Under the pieces are notes generated by a model. It was not told the DNA's origin. It did not search any database and saw only the letters and a program-made list of their open reading frames with translations. The translations under genes and the position numbers were made by a program. Positions 1 to 10,165 of a DNA stretch of 64,000 bases are shown here, piece after piece (position 1 is the stretch's first letter; every line of letters starts with the position of its first letter). The stretch is from an uncultured Nitrososphaerota archaeon (GTDB lineage: Archaea > Thermoproteota > Nitrososphaeria > Nitrososphaerales > CADDZS01): NCBI GenBank assembly GCA_963799845.1, contig CAWCYI010000006.1, positions 416,001 to 480,000 on the forward strand, read 5' to 3'.

Positions 1-2289
1 CTTCCCGATATGGCATTCGCATCAATTCTCAGGAGTCCATATCCCCATGCTAAGATCAAGAGGATCGACTACAGCGAAGCAAGCAAACTTCCTGGAGTCC
101 TGGGTATCCTGACCTCAGAGGACGTGGTCAAGATGTCTGACCCTCTGCCACAGATGACGGTCCCGCCCGCCTCGAATCTCAAGGATTATCCGATTGCAGT
201 TAACAAAGTGCGGTACGTTGGAGAACCGGTCGCGGTCGTCGTTGCCACGTCCAGGTATATCGCTGAAGACGCAGTAGAGTTGATCGAAGTTGAGTACGAA
301 ATCCTGGAGCCCGTACTTGACGCACAGAAAGCGTTCTCTTCCACGGAAAACCTGATCCATCCGGAAGTCGGATCAAACATAATGGCACACATCCCGTACG
401 ACTACGGAAATGTCGACAAAGCGATGAAAGAAGCTGACCAAATAATTAGGGCGAAGATTCACTTTCACCGGTTCAGCTCGACGCCGCTCGAACCGAACGC
501 TGCTCTTGCCGATTTTAACGCAAAGGACGGATCATTGACAGTCTGGTGCAATAACCAGGAACCTTCCTTCATGCTCCCGCAGTTTAACAGCGCGCTTCGC
601 CTCCCGTACGACAAGATGCGCTTCATCACGATGGATATCGGCGGAGGTTTCGGTTGCAAGATAGTGAATTACTCGTACGTTATTCTCACCGCACTCGCCT
701 CGATGAAGGTCAAGCGGCCCGTCAACTGGCTAGAGTCGAGGTCGGAGCATCTTCTCGCCGGAAGTCACGGTGCTGAGAGGATATTCGACGTTGAGGTACC
801 GATCAAGAGCGATGGCAAAGTGCTCGGCTTGAAGATATTCAGCATCGACGATGACGGAGCTTTTGCAAGGCACGAGCCCGCCGGTTTGACTGTCTGGGCG
901 CAGGTTGTTCCCGGCGCTTACAAGATCAAGAACGTCCGAAACGACATGTACGCCGTCTTTACCAACAAATGTCCCGCGGGGCCGAACAGGGGATTTGCGC
1001 GGGCTCCGCACCTTTTCATGATAGAACGAGTGATGGATCTCGTGGCGAAGGAGCTTTCACTCGATCCCACCGAGGTGAGGATGCGCAATTTCATAACGAG
1101 AGATGATCAGCCTTATACGACCCCGAACGGTTGCGTTTACGACGATGGAGATTATCCTCGCAGTCTCCGGATGGTCTTGGATTCGCTCGATTACGAGGGG
1201 TGGAGGAAAAAGCAGACCGAGCTGAGGAAAGAGGGCAAGTTTCTGGGGATCGGGATCGCGACCACGCTCGATTCCGGCGCGCCAAATTTCGGCCAGGTGA
1301 AGATGCTGAACCCGCGCCTGCCGTTGATCGGAAACACTGAAGCCTGTATGCTGCAATTAACTCCTGATGGACGTTTTGTCGTGAAACTCGGAACTGTCCC
1401 GCAGGGACAGAGCCATGAGACTGTGTCGAGCCAAATTGTCTCCGAGGTCTTCGATGTGCCAGTTGAACTCGTTAATGTCGCAACCGGATTTGATTCGGCT
1501 TCGCATCCTTACACCATGCACTCCGGTACCTATGGCAGCAGGTACGCTGCAATGGGAGGGGGAGCAGTGTACGGAGCCGCTTCGAAATTACGGGACAAAG
1601 TACTGAAGATCGGAGCTCATCTGTTGAACACTAGCGTTGACGGCGTCGAGCTCGTCAACGGGAATGTGCAGTCCAGGGAAGATCCGTCGAAGAACATATC
1701 GATCAAACGGCTTGCCCGCACGGCTTACGGAATGCCCGCGATGCTTCCCCCGGGAATCGAGGGTGGCCTTTGGACGATCAACGTTTACTACAACGGCCTA
1801 GTAGCTCCCGACGAGAAGAAAATCGCGAACCTTGCCCTAACGTATTCCTACCAAACGCACGGAGTGGTTGGAGAGCTTGACCGGGAGACCGGCAAGTTCA
1901 AGATTTTGAAGTACGTCATCGTCGATGATGCCGGCCGTGTGATCAATCCTCTCGTAGTTGACGGACAGGTTCACGGTGCTACTTTGCACGGAATAGCGGC
2001 CGCGCTTTTCGAGGAGTACAAATACAATGATGAAGGGCAGCTCGAATCCTCCACGTTCATAGACTACCTGGCCCCCGCCGCCGTTGATGTTCCCGGTATG
2101 GAAGTTCACCATTATGAGATTCCCTCGCCGTTCGCTCCCCTAGGCGCGAAGGGAATGGGGGAGGGCGGCGGGACTGCCCACGTCGCCGTGATTAATGCGA
2201 TAAACGATGCGATCTCTTATTTCGGCGCAAACCTCGAAAAATCGATCGCCCCGCCTGAGGCTGTATACAATATCATCAAGGGAAAGTGA
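1..2289 (+). CDS. Xanthine dehydrogenase/CoxL-like molybdenum hydroxylase large subunit (5' end probably outside window)
   Basis: GGGFGCK, QGQSHET, GTYGSR, GQVHG and GAKGMGEGG Moco-binding motifs. The frame is open from base 1. The active-site loop is PNRGFAR, not the form I CODH AYxCSFR. Confidence 0.9.
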   Translation, partial: LPDMAFASILRSPYPHAKIKRIDYSEASKLPGVLGILTSEDVVKMSDPLPQMTVPPASNLKDYPIAVNKVRYVGEPVAVVVATSRYIAEDAVELIEVEYEILEPVLDAQKAFSSTENLIHPEVGSNIMAHIPYDYGNVDKAMKEADQIIRAKIHFHRFSSTPLEPNAALADFNAKDGSLTVWCNNQEPSFMLPQFNSALRLPYDKMRFITMDIGGGFGCKIVNYSYVILTALASMKVKRPVNWLESRSEHLLAGSHGAERIFDVEVPIKSDGKVLGLKIFSIDDDGAFARHEPAGLTVWAQVVPGAYKIKNVRNDMYAVFTNKCPAGPNRGFARAPHLFMIERVMDLVAKELSLDPTEVRMRNFITRDDQPYTTPNGCVYDDGDYPRSLRMVLDSLDYEGWRKKQTELRKEGKFLGIGIATTLDSGAPNFGQVKMLNPRLPLIGNTEACMLQLTPDGRFVVKLGTVPQGQSHETVSSQIVSEVFDVPVELVNVATGFDSASHPYTMHSGTYGSRYAAMGGGAVYGAASKLRDKVLKIGAHLLNTSVDGVELVNGNVQSREDPSKNISIKRLARTAYGMPAMLPPGIEGGLWTINVYYNGLVAPDEKKIANLALTYSYQTHGVVGELDRETGKFKILKYVIVDDAGRVINPLVVDGQVHGATLHGIAAALFEEYKYNDEGQLESSTFIDYLAPAAVDVPGMEVHHYEIPSPFAPLGAKGMGEGGGTAHVAVINAINDAISYFGANLEKSIAPPEAVYNIIKGK

Positions 2290-2315
2290 ATAATGCCCCT
2301 AACTCGGGGTATTGA

Positions 2316-3110
2316 TTACTCTCCGGTAAACTTTGGTTCCCTCTTTTCCTTGAAGAAGGCGGTAATTCCTTCTTTGAGATCTTTGGAGTGAAACAGCTCG
2401 ATTGATTCTCTCAGCTGGTATTCCATCCCGTCGTCGAGATCCATCTCCGAACCAAAATTCACGCAGGCTTTAGCAGCTCCGATCGCGAGAGGAGCCCTTT
2501 TTGCAATCTTTGCGGCCATGACCAGGCACTCATCCATCAGTTTGTCCGGCGGAACGACTTTGTTGACGATGCCAATCCTGTGGCCCTCGGCGGCTGAGAT
2601 TCGGTCTCCAGTGAACAGGAGCTCCTTAGCGATGAATTTGCCCACGACTCTTGGCAGCCTTATCGTGATTCCTGCGCCAGGGGAAACACCGATCCCGGTC
2701 TCCGGCAGGGCAAAACTAGCATCCTCGGCCGCGACAACAATGTCGCATGCCTGAATTAATTCGATGTTCGCGAAGCCATTCACCGCCGCAATTATCGGTT
2801 TTCTCAATTTTTCCATGTCTCTCCAGAGTTCAAGGTTTTCTCTCTGGAATCGCTCCGTCTGCTCGATCGTGTTCGTCAAGAATTCGGAAGTATCGCCGCC
2901 CGCGCAGTAGGCTTTTCCCTTTGCAGCCATTATGACGACGCGGACCTCCCTGTCCAGCGAAATTTGCTTGTAAGCGCGACGGAATTCCTGGACCATGTTA
3001 TATGTCACAGCGTTTCGCTTATCGGGTCTGTTGTAATACAGAATGGCTGTCGAATCTTTGCGCTCGAAAATTATTTCCTTGAAGTCCGTAGATTCAGAAG
3101 TGGTTTGCAT
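2316..3110 (-). CDS. Enoyl-CoA hydratase/isomerase (crotonase) family protein
   Basis: NRPDKRNA, YCAGGD, KPIIAAVNG, FALPETGIG and C-terminal EGITAFFKEKREPKFTG motifs. Confidence 0.92.
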   Translation of the reverse strand: MQTTSESTDFKEIIFERKDSTAILYYNRPDKRNAVTYNMVQEFRRAYKQISLDREVRVVIMAAKGKAYCAGGDTSEFLTNTIEQTERFQRENLELWRDMEKLRKPIIAAVNGFANIELIQACDIVVAAEDASFALPETGIGVSPGAGITIRLPRVVGKFIAKELLFTGDRISAAEGHRIGIVNKVVPPDKLMDECLVMAAKIAKRAPLAIGAAKACVNFGSEMDLDDGMEYQLRESIELFHSKDLKEGITAFFKEKREPKFTGE

Positions 3111-3194
3111 TTTTCAATTCAGTACCTGGATTGTTTTCTTGAGGGTTCTCCGGGGAATATAAACGGATAGAGATCTTGTTTCTAGAACAAGAAA

Positions 3195-3917
3195 TCAGAC
3201 TGCTATCAGCTCTCTTCGGATTTGCTTCAATACTCTAGCAAACATCTGGCTCGTCAGCTTGCCGGTATTGGTATTCCTGGGACTCGGATGGTACGATGCG
3301 AAGACGACCGGAAAGTTCTCTGCAAATTTGAATTTCTGTCCATGTTGAAAGTGGAAAGTTCCTGTAGAGCCGTAGTACTTTCGGGAGAAATCTAGTACTG
3401 AATCGAAGGCAACTTTTCCCAGAGCGAGAGTAGCTTTGGAGTTCTTGAGCATCAGCAGCTCGCGATCAAAATACGAGGCGCAAGTTCGGATCTCTTCTCT
3501 GGTGGGTCTATTGTCTGGCGGCACGCACCTCACAGCTGCCGTGACATAACAATCCGTGTAAACAAGTCCGTCATCCCTCGTCTGGGAAGTGGGCTGGTTC
3601 GCAAATCCTGCCTCGTAGAGATGTTTCACCAGGAACTTCGCGCTGCTGTCGCCGGTAAACACCCTTCCAGTCCTATTCCCACCGTGAGCCGCTGGCGCTA
3701 GACCCACGACGATCAATCTTGCCTTGGGGTCTCCGTAACCAGGGATCGGTTTACCCCAGTAATCGAAATCTGCGAACTGCCTTCTTTTTTCGTTCGATAT
3801 TTTCTCCCTGAATTCGACCAGCCTCGGGCACTTTCTGCACGCAATAATTTCCTGAGAAAGCCGCTGCAAGCCATTTGTCTCTGGCGAGAGTAGATTGTCC
3901 ATGAGACGGTATTCCAA
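3195..3917 (-). CDS. Family 5 uracil-DNA glycosylase (UdgB-like, 4Fe-4S)
   Basis: CRKCPRL, GLAPAAHGGNRTGRVFTGD, VRCVPP and YHPSPRN motifs. Confidence 0.92.
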   Translation of the reverse strand: MEYRLMDNLLSPETNGLQRLSQEIIACRKCPRLVEFREKISNEKRRQFADFDYWGKPIPGYGDPKARLIVVGLAPAAHGGNRTGRVFTGDSSAKFLVKHLYEAGFANQPTSQTRDDGLVYTDCYVTAAVRCVPPDNRPTREEIRTCASYFDRELLMLKNSKATLALGKVAFDSVLDFSRKYYGSTGTFHFQHGQKFKFAENFPVVFASYHPSPRNTNTGKLTSQMFARVLKQIRRELIAV

Positions 3918-3945
3918 ATGTTTGATGCCAGAAATTAGGTCAAAG

Positions 3946-5097
3946 CTAGTAGGACTTTGTCAGACCTAGAGATCTTTCAGCAATCGATGACAGGAGCAGC
4001 TCCTCCGAGATCGGATGGATCTTGTGGACGCGGACGTCTCTCCAATATCTTTCGACGTCATAATCCTTGTAGTAGCCGTGCCCGCCGAAAGTCTGCAGAG
4101 CTCTCTCGGTTGCGTAACTAGCCGCGTTTATCGATTCATACAACGCGAAATTAGCAGCCTGCATAAAATTCTGCCCCTGCCCAATCATCGTGGCGGCCTT
4201 GAGCATCATTGTCTCTGCAGCGATTAGCTGCGCGGCGGCATCTGCTAGAGGGAACTGGATTCCCTGGTTAGATCCAATTGGTTTCCCGAATACAACCCTC
4301 TTCTTCGCATATTCCGATGCGGTGTTGACAGCAAGCTTTCCCGTTCCTATTAGCGATGCGGAGGTTGCTACACGGTCCATGTTGAAACTCTCGACCGCAT
4401 TGTACCACGCGTTGTCGAGCTCTCCAACCAGCGCGTCATTCTTCACATTCAAGTCGCGAATTTCTAGGTCAAAATTGTTGATGAAATCCATTCCCAACTT
4501 GTCGAGTTTTTTCGATCTGACGCCGATACTTTGCGCGGGCACCAAGAACATTGACACCCCGCTTGACTTTTTGCCTGATTCTACGACGGACTTTGTTCGC
4601 GCGAATACTATTAGGTAATCTACGTTGTCCACATTGTTGACGAATCTCTTTGACCCGCTTATTCGGTACCCGTTGGAGGTCTTCTCCGCCCTAGTTTCCA
4701 GAGAAGTCGCATCGAAGCCTGATTTTTCTTCGGTGAGGGCCAGCGATACTTTGATCTCTCCTTTCGAGAGCATCGGAAGGATATCCTTTTTCTGGTCCTC
4801 TGCGGATTTGGAAAATATCGTCGAGACGAGACAACCGCTAAGGAACAAGTAAGAAGCAATTCCCGAATACCTTTCTGCAGTTTCAGCGGTACCAATAGCA
4901 AGATCGACGAGTGTCTTCTCCATGCCGCCGTACTGTTTAGAAATGACCAGTCCGAACAACTCGGCTTTTGCAACACCATTCCAGTACTCATGAGGAAACT
5001 CCTGTTTTCTGTAGACCTCTCTCCAGTATTTCTCGTCGAATCTCGAGGAAACCGCCCTAACTTTTTCGACGATTGATCTGTCGTAAGTAAAGTCCAT
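3946..5097 (-). CDS. Acyl-CoA dehydrogenase family protein
   Basis: ALTE, GSKRF, RVVFGKPIGSNQGIQFPLA and QTFGGHGY motifs. True start taken as the ATG at 5097 (MDFTY), just after the upstream stop; the ORF-track extension to 5322 overlaps the next gene. Confidence 0.92.
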   Translation of the reverse strand: MDFTYDRSIVEKVRAVSSRFDEKYWREVYRKQEFPHEYWNGVAKAELFGLVISKQYGGMEKTLVDLAIGTAETAERYSGIASYLFLSGCLVSTIFSKSAEDQKKDILPMLSKGEIKVSLALTEEKSGFDATSLETRAEKTSNGYRISGSKRFVNNVDNVDYLIVFARTKSVVESGKKSSGVSMFLVPAQSIGVRSKKLDKLGMDFINNFDLEIRDLNVKNDALVGELDNAWYNAVESFNMDRVATSASLIGTGKLAVNTASEYAKKRVVFGKPIGSNQGIQFPLADAAAQLIAAETMMLKAATMIGQGQNFMQAANFALYESINAASYATERALQTFGGHGYYKDYDVERYWRDVRVHKIHPISEELLLSSIAERSLGLTKSY

Positions 5098-5099
5098 TT

Positions 5100-6278
5100 T
5101 CAATAGCTCCTCGGCAGTTGAAGCACCCTCTGTCCCAGGAAATTCAGGACCATCTCTTCGGGAACGGGGCCGGTTCGAAAGAGCCTCGAATCCCGCCAGT
5201 GCCTTTCGATATCGGTGGATTTTGCATAACCCAGCCCGCCAAAGGTCTGAATCGCTCTGTCTGCCGCAAAGAATGCGGCTCTGGCTCCCATGTAGGCGGC
5301 AACGTTGGCGGAGACTGCACAATCCTCGCCGTGATCAAACTCCCAAGCGGCTTTCTGGGCGACCGCCCAGGCCCCTTCCAGATCAGCCTTAGATCTGGCC
5401 AGCGGGAACTGGATTGCCTGGTTTTGTCCGATCGGGCGACCGAAGACCTGCCTTTGTTTCGCGTATTCCGTGGCTTTTCGAAGGACCAGCTGTCCCAGGC
5501 CTAGACTCATTGAAGCGGTGGAGATCCTCTCGGCGTTTAGAAGCGTCGGCAGTACTTCCCAGCCCTTGTCGAGCTGACCGAGAATGTTTTCCTCCGACAC
5601 GAACACATCTTCGAGATATACCTGATTTGATCCCAAGGCGCGCATTGAGATGTCGTCAATTCTGTCGGAACGGATCTCACCTCGCTTCAGCTTGGTTTTC
5701 TCTACCAGGAAAAGGGTGAGGCCGTCCGTTCTTTTCTTTGCATTCTCTTTTGAAGTCGTCCTCGCAACCACGTTCATCAAACTCGCCTTGTGGGCGAGAG
5801 TTATCCACATTTTTTGCCCGTTTATCACGTAGCCATCTCCCTCCTTCTTGGCTGTCGTCTGGATGTCGAGAGTATTGACTCCCGCCGTCGGTTCTGTCAG
5901 CGCGAAAGACATGATATGTTTGCCATCGCCTAACTCGGGAAGTAGTCTCTCTTTCAAGGGCCCCCTTGCAAAAGTTTTGATTGTCTGTATCGCAAAAATA
6001 CAGATCGCCATTATGATATCTCCAGCCGACATGCCGCAGCAGTTGGACATTTCGTGGATAGCAATCGAAGTCTCGGAGAGTCCGAGTCCTGTGCCGCCGA
6101 GTTCTTCCGGCACGTTGAGTTTGAACCATCCGTTCGAGGCCAGCGCATCAAAATATTCTTGAGGAAATTCTCCGCTTTCGTCGTACACCCTCCAGTACGA
6201 ATCGGGAAACTTCATCGCGAGCGAAGAGAGAGCCTCCCTTAGAAGTTTCTGATCCTCACTTTCTTCGAAGCTGAGCAA
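5100..6278 (-). CDS. Acyl-CoA dehydrogenase family protein
   Basis: FALTEPTAG, NGQKMWIT, RQVFGRPIGQNQAIQF and QTFGGLGY motifs; tandem paralog of the downstream gene. Confidence 0.93.
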   Translation of the reverse strand: MLSFEESEDQKLLREALSSLAMKFPDSYWRVYDESGEFPQEYFDALASNGWFKLNVPEELGGTGLGLSETSIAIHEMSNCCGMSAGDIIMAICIFAIQTIKTFARGPLKERLLPELGDGKHIMSFALTEPTAGVNTLDIQTTAKKEGDGYVINGQKMWITLAHKASLMNVVARTTSKENAKKRTDGLTLFLVEKTKLKRGEIRSDRIDDISMRALGSNQVYLEDVFVSEENILGQLDKGWEVLPTLLNAERISTASMSLGLGQLVLRKATEYAKQRQVFGRPIGQNQAIQFPLARSKADLEGAWAVAQKAAWEFDHGEDCAVSANVAAYMGARAAFFAADRAIQTFGGLGYAKSTDIERHWRDSRLFRTGPVPEEMVLNFLGQRVLQLPRSY

Positions 6279-6470
6279 GTAACTGGGAAATGCTCTCTAT
6301 TCTCGGTTAAGAGTGTTATCACGCCGAGAGTGGCAAAAAACGATTCAATTAGACTTGACTTTGCCCGTCCCTCCGCGAGCTTGTATGAAAAGGGTGTTTT
6401 GGAATGAAATCCTTAACAAGATACAATATTCGGGAGTCTACTTTTTAATCAAGTCTATATAATCGGGCAG

Positions 6471-6995
6471 ATGAGCGTCCGCTCATTCCCGTTACCCGAG
6501 GTCGTTCAAATGGTTGCACACAAGTGGACTGAAGGACAACTCAAACAGCAAGTGAAGAACGCGATCTACCGGGTTTTTGACGCGGCAAAGACCCGAGATT
6601 TCGGAACCCTCGCTTCCATGCACTACCCAAAAGACGAGATGTTTTCAAAGTTCGACTACTCGGCTCCTTTCAAGAGGCAGACCTACTCGCAGGCGTTGAT
6701 GCATGAAGAAGTCGCATACTCGAATATCACAGATTTCAATTACAAGATCGAAGATCTGAGGATCGATCTCCCTACACAGGAAGTCGCGATTGCAACCTTT
6801 CATCTAGAAACTGGCGGACTGTTCGTCAACGATTACCGCTTCGAAGGCAGCCCTGCGCGGGCGAGTCTCCGCGCTACAATGGTATTTCTCTGGAAGGACG
6901 ACCAGTGGCTCATAGTCCACGAACATTATTCGAGTTTCCCGGATGAGCCAAAGTCCGCAAAACAAAGTTCGGGGCTGAAGAGTGCAAGAACTTAA
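6471..6995 (+). CDS. NTF2-like/SnoaL-like domain protein
   Basis: C-terminal RATMVF...WLIVHEHYS signature of SnoaL/DUF4440-type proteins; TATA-like TTTTAAT/TATATAA upstream. Confidence 0.75.
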   Translation: MSVRSFPLPEVVQMVAHKWTEGQLKQQVKNAIYRVFDAAKTRDFGTLASMHYPKDEMFSKFDYSAPFKRQTYSQALMHEEVAYSNITDFNYKIEDLRIDLPTQEVAIATFHLETGGLFVNDYRFEGSPARASLRATMVFLWKDDQWLIVHEHYSSFPDEPKSAKQSSGLKSART

Positions 6996-7034
6996 AGCCA
7001 ATTTTTGGCTTCAAATTTCTGGATGTATTTTCAA

Positions 7035-7706
7035 ATGAGTTCTGATTCTGCTCTGGGAATTATCGCTCCGCCGGTCGAAAAGTATCTGTACGGCTTGTTG
7101 CGTCAGAGGGACAAAGTCCTAACCTTTCTAGAAAAAGACGCCGAGAAAAATGACGTTCCCATCGTGGGACCTCTTGTGGGAAATTTTCTGTCGCTGGTTG
7201 CGATGAGCTGCCAAGCGAAAAATATTCTGGAGGTTGGAACTGCCACCGGATATTCTGGAATTTGGCTTGCGAAAGTTGCAAAGCAGAACAGCGGGAAACT
7301 CACCACTATCGAGGCCGATCCATCGAGAGTAAAGATTGCCTCTAAGAGCTTCCGCGATGCGGGCCTTTCAGATTACATAGAAATAGTCACTGGAGACGTT
7401 AGGGAAGAACTTCCCAAAATTACAAAATCAAAGTCTGGAAAGTTCGATGTCGTGTTCATCGATGTGGGCGACAAGGGACTCTACGTTGATTTGCTCGGCG
7501 ATTGCGTGAAGGCTCTCCGAGTTGGTGGATACCTTTTGGCTGATAATACGCTCTGGAAGGGGCGGGTAGCAGGATCAGCTGACGACAGGGATACAATGAC
7601 GATCAGAGAGTTCAACAAGCGAGTTTATGCGGATGGTAGGCTTTTTCCCTCGATTGTACCGCTCAGGGATGGCGTCACTGTTGCATTGAAAATCAGCGAG
7701 AAGTAG
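7035..7706 (+). CDS. SAM-dependent O-methyltransferase (caffeoyl-CoA OMT/TrmR-like)
   Basis: ILEVGTATGYSG, FDVVFID, ADNTLW and PLRDGVT motifs. Confidence 0.9.
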   Translation: MSSDSALGIIAPPVEKYLYGLLRQRDKVLTFLEKDAEKNDVPIVGPLVGNFLSLVAMSCQAKNILEVGTATGYSGIWLAKVAKQNSGKLTTIEADPSRVKIASKSFRDAGLSDYIEIVTGDVREELPKITKSKSGKFDVVFIDVGDKGLYVDLLGDCVKALRVGGYLLADNTLWKGRVAGSADDRDTMTIREFNKRVYADGRLFPSIVPLRDGVTVALKISEK

Positions 7707-7762
7707 AGACAATTTCTTTAAGCGCTGGAAAGCGGAATATGCCTCTCCTCAATACTGTTGCG

Positions 7763-7855
7763 GGGGTCGTGGTGTAGCTTGGTTAACATGCGAGCCTCGG
7801 GTCAATTCTGAAGCGAGAACGCTCGTGACCGCCGGTTCAAATCCGGCCGACCCCA
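7763..7855 (+). tRNA. tRNA-Pro(CGG) with an 18-nt intron at 37/38 (7802-7819)
   Basis: Acceptor stem GGGGTCG/CGACCCC, anticodon stem CGAGC/GCTCG, anticodon CGG at 7798-7800, T-arm GCCGG-TTCAAAT-CCGGC. CTCG pairs with intron CGAG between 3-nt bulges (relaxed bulge-helix-bulge). Confidence 0.95.
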
Positions 7856-7918
7856 TATTATTTCGGATGCAATCGTTTGAGGGGAGAGAAACTAGTACGA
7901 CATCGGCAGTTTCAGACT

Positions 7919-8548
7919 TTACGAAACGTCAACTCGATCAGTAATTGACTTCATTGAAAAGTCGAACTGATCCTGACTAGATATCATCAGACGGAATCTT
8001 AATTGTAAAGAATTGCAAGCAGACTTTATCCAGCGATCGCGTGTAACGATTATAGATTGCCTCTTTCGTCTGTACGAAGAAATCGCTGCAACCGTCAGAA
8101 GGGAATAATCGCCAAGGTTAGATCTGGCATTTCTAGTCGTTTCTTTCGCAGCCGGAGAAGATGCTGGCCCCAGGATCCTGTCGTATTCGACCCTTACTGC
8201 TTCGGCCATTTCTGGGGTGGGCATATCCTCAAGAGAATGTCTCGATTCCCCGTAAGTATTGTATTTTGTCTTGAAGTATATTCCATCAAATTCAGCTGAA
8301 TGAGGATTCTTTATCTCTTCAAGTACGGCCAAACTTCGATTCAGATTTCGAGCTTCTCCTTCGATGAAATCACAGATGACTCCCAGAATATCGCTGCGAG
8401 TACTGATTCTGGCATTGAACACATATCGTACCAGTCCTTCATTGTCGATTATCGCATTGGTATCAAAGAAGACCAACGGCGTCCCATGACAGTGCCCTAG
8501 ATCTTCGGGAAAGAGTAATGTTTTGAGAATTCGACCATCACATCCCAT
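7919..8548 (-). CDS. PIN-domain-like protein
   Basis: FFDTNAII at the N-terminus, GDYSLL and IIVTRD near the C-terminus match the PIN acidic-residue pattern. Confidence 0.6.
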   Translation of the reverse strand: MGCDGRILKTLLFPEDLGHCHGTPLVFFDTNAIIDNEGLVRYVFNARISTRSDILGVICDFIEGEARNLNRSLAVLEEIKNPHSAEFDGIYFKTKYNTYGESRHSLEDMPTPEMAEAVRVEYDRILGPASSPAAKETTRNARSNLGDYSLLTVAAISSYRRKRQSIIVTRDRWIKSACNSLQLRFRLMISSQDQFDFSMKSITDRVDVS

Positions 8549-8782
8549 CTGCTCTCGTGTCAGCTGCTGGAAAGTTCCTAACGCCTATTCTAAAATACTA
8601 TCAGTATGCATTTTTCGATGATGGTTCTTGAAGATTGAACAGGTCATGAAAGCTAGGTCGACGATAGGGATGATGGTGACACCGTACAAGCTGAAGATCA
8701 CGATCGCATTGCAAATTCTTGGCAACGCTTAAGAGCAACTTCCACTTCGCGTTCCAAACAAGAGGTAAAGTGTTTCCAGAAT

Positions 8783-9236
8783 ATGGTATTTCAGATGCCA
8801 CCACTTACTCAGGGCGAATTGGATGAATTTCTCGTAAAGTCACCTGTCGCAACTCTCTGCACGCAAAATGCTGACGGCACTATACATGCAGCGCCTGTCT
8901 GGTTCAAGTACCGAAGGAGGAGAATTGCTCTTTGGAACGCAGAACGATACTCGCAGAATCAAGAATATCCAGAAAAATCCGAACGTCACTGCAGTCGTCG
9001 ACAATCATCAGGAATTTCCGTACAAGGGCGTCGTAATATACGGTAAAGCACGATTGGATTACAACAACGCAATTCCTACTCGTGTCGCAATGTTTGAAAA
9101 GTACATGCCGAAAGCCAGCGCAGAAAAACTAGCCAACGGGCTCGCGGCGATGCGGAAACTCGTCGTAATCCGCGTAAAACCAAACAAGATAGTTTCCTAC
9201 GATTATGGAAAAGATCCAACAGGGTTGTTCAAGTGA
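8783..9236 (+). CDS. Pyridoxamine 5'-phosphate oxidase-like (split-barrel flavin/F420-binding) protein, one frameshift near 8912
   Basis: ATLCTQNADGTIHAAPVWF in one frame continues as GELLFGT...NIQKNPNVT in the next; one extra C. Confidence 0.8.
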
Positions 9237-9244
9237 AGAGCTGA

Positions 9245-9994
9245 GTGGCCAGGATAACATCTAGAATTCATTCTCTAGATGGACTTGAGCATCCTTTCGG
9301 AATCTACATCACTCCTTACATAGTTGAAGAAGGCCCGAAGGACCTTACCCTGATTGATACCTGCTTTGCTGCGACAGCAACGAAGCTTACAAGTTGCATT
9401 CAAGACGAGGGATACGAGCTAAAACATGTGAAACGGCTGATTCTGACTCACTGTCATATTGATCATACTCAGGCCGTCGGAGAAATAGTGAGATTAACTG
9501 GAGCGCCAGTTTACTCTCATTGGTCAGAAGCAGGTTACCTGAATAATAATCCTCTTTATCATGGTCCTCCTTCGCATCAAACTATCGCGAACATTCTCGA
9601 TAAACTTGGGATAAGGCTGGATGATGTAACTAAGAAGTTCGGAAGCCTAGCCCGTGACCCGATTCCTGTCGATCATTTGTTGAGCGATGGCGACAAAATG
9701 GGGCGGTTGCAAGTAATTCATACACCGGGACACACACCGGGACACATTTCACTTTACTCAGAAGAGGACCGTGCTGTGATTGGAGGTGATTTTTTGTTTA
9801 AAGGTATACTGGGTGAGCACGGTCTCTTTGTGGTACCTGAAGTTACATTAGATAGAACCGTCGCAGGAATTTCAGCGCGCAGGGTCTCGAAACTCCGCTT
9901 TGACAAGCTTCTATTGGGACATCAAGATGAGCCACTGATCGACAAATCCGCCCCAGAAGCTGTGGCAAAAGCCGCGAATCTTCTACTTCAGTAA
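9245..9994 (+). CDS. MBL-fold metallo-hydrolase
   Basis: LIDT, THCHIDH, TPGHTPGH, GGD and LGH motifs. Confidence 0.9.
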   Translation: MARITSRIHSLDGLEHPFGIYITPYIVEEGPKDLTLIDTCFAATATKLTSCIQDEGYELKHVKRLILTHCHIDHTQAVGEIVRLTGAPVYSHWSEAGYLNNNPLYHGPPSHQTIANILDKLGIRLDDVTKKFGSLARDPIPVDHLLSDGDKMGRLQVIHTPGHTPGHISLYSEEDRAVIGGDFLFKGILGEHGLFVVPEVTLDRTVAGISARRVSKLRFDKLLLGHQDEPLIDKSAPEAVAKAANLLLQ

Positions 9995-10165
9995 CAGAAG
10001 TAGTGTCCGCTGAAAGTCAGGCTGCTAATCCAGTTAGCTGCCAGATTCCGTGGGATAGCCGATTGTTTCCACTCCGACTTTTGGACCACCGACAACGACA
10101 AGAGTTGACCGTGTGGGTATCTCGCTTTCGAGAAATTTGTCGAGTGGAGACAGACCATGCGATTT

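Noticed and set aside
5098-5322. N-terminal extension of the 458-aa acyl-CoA dehydrogenase ORF
   Set aside because: It overlaps the upstream paralog in another frame; family similarity starts at the ATG at 5097.
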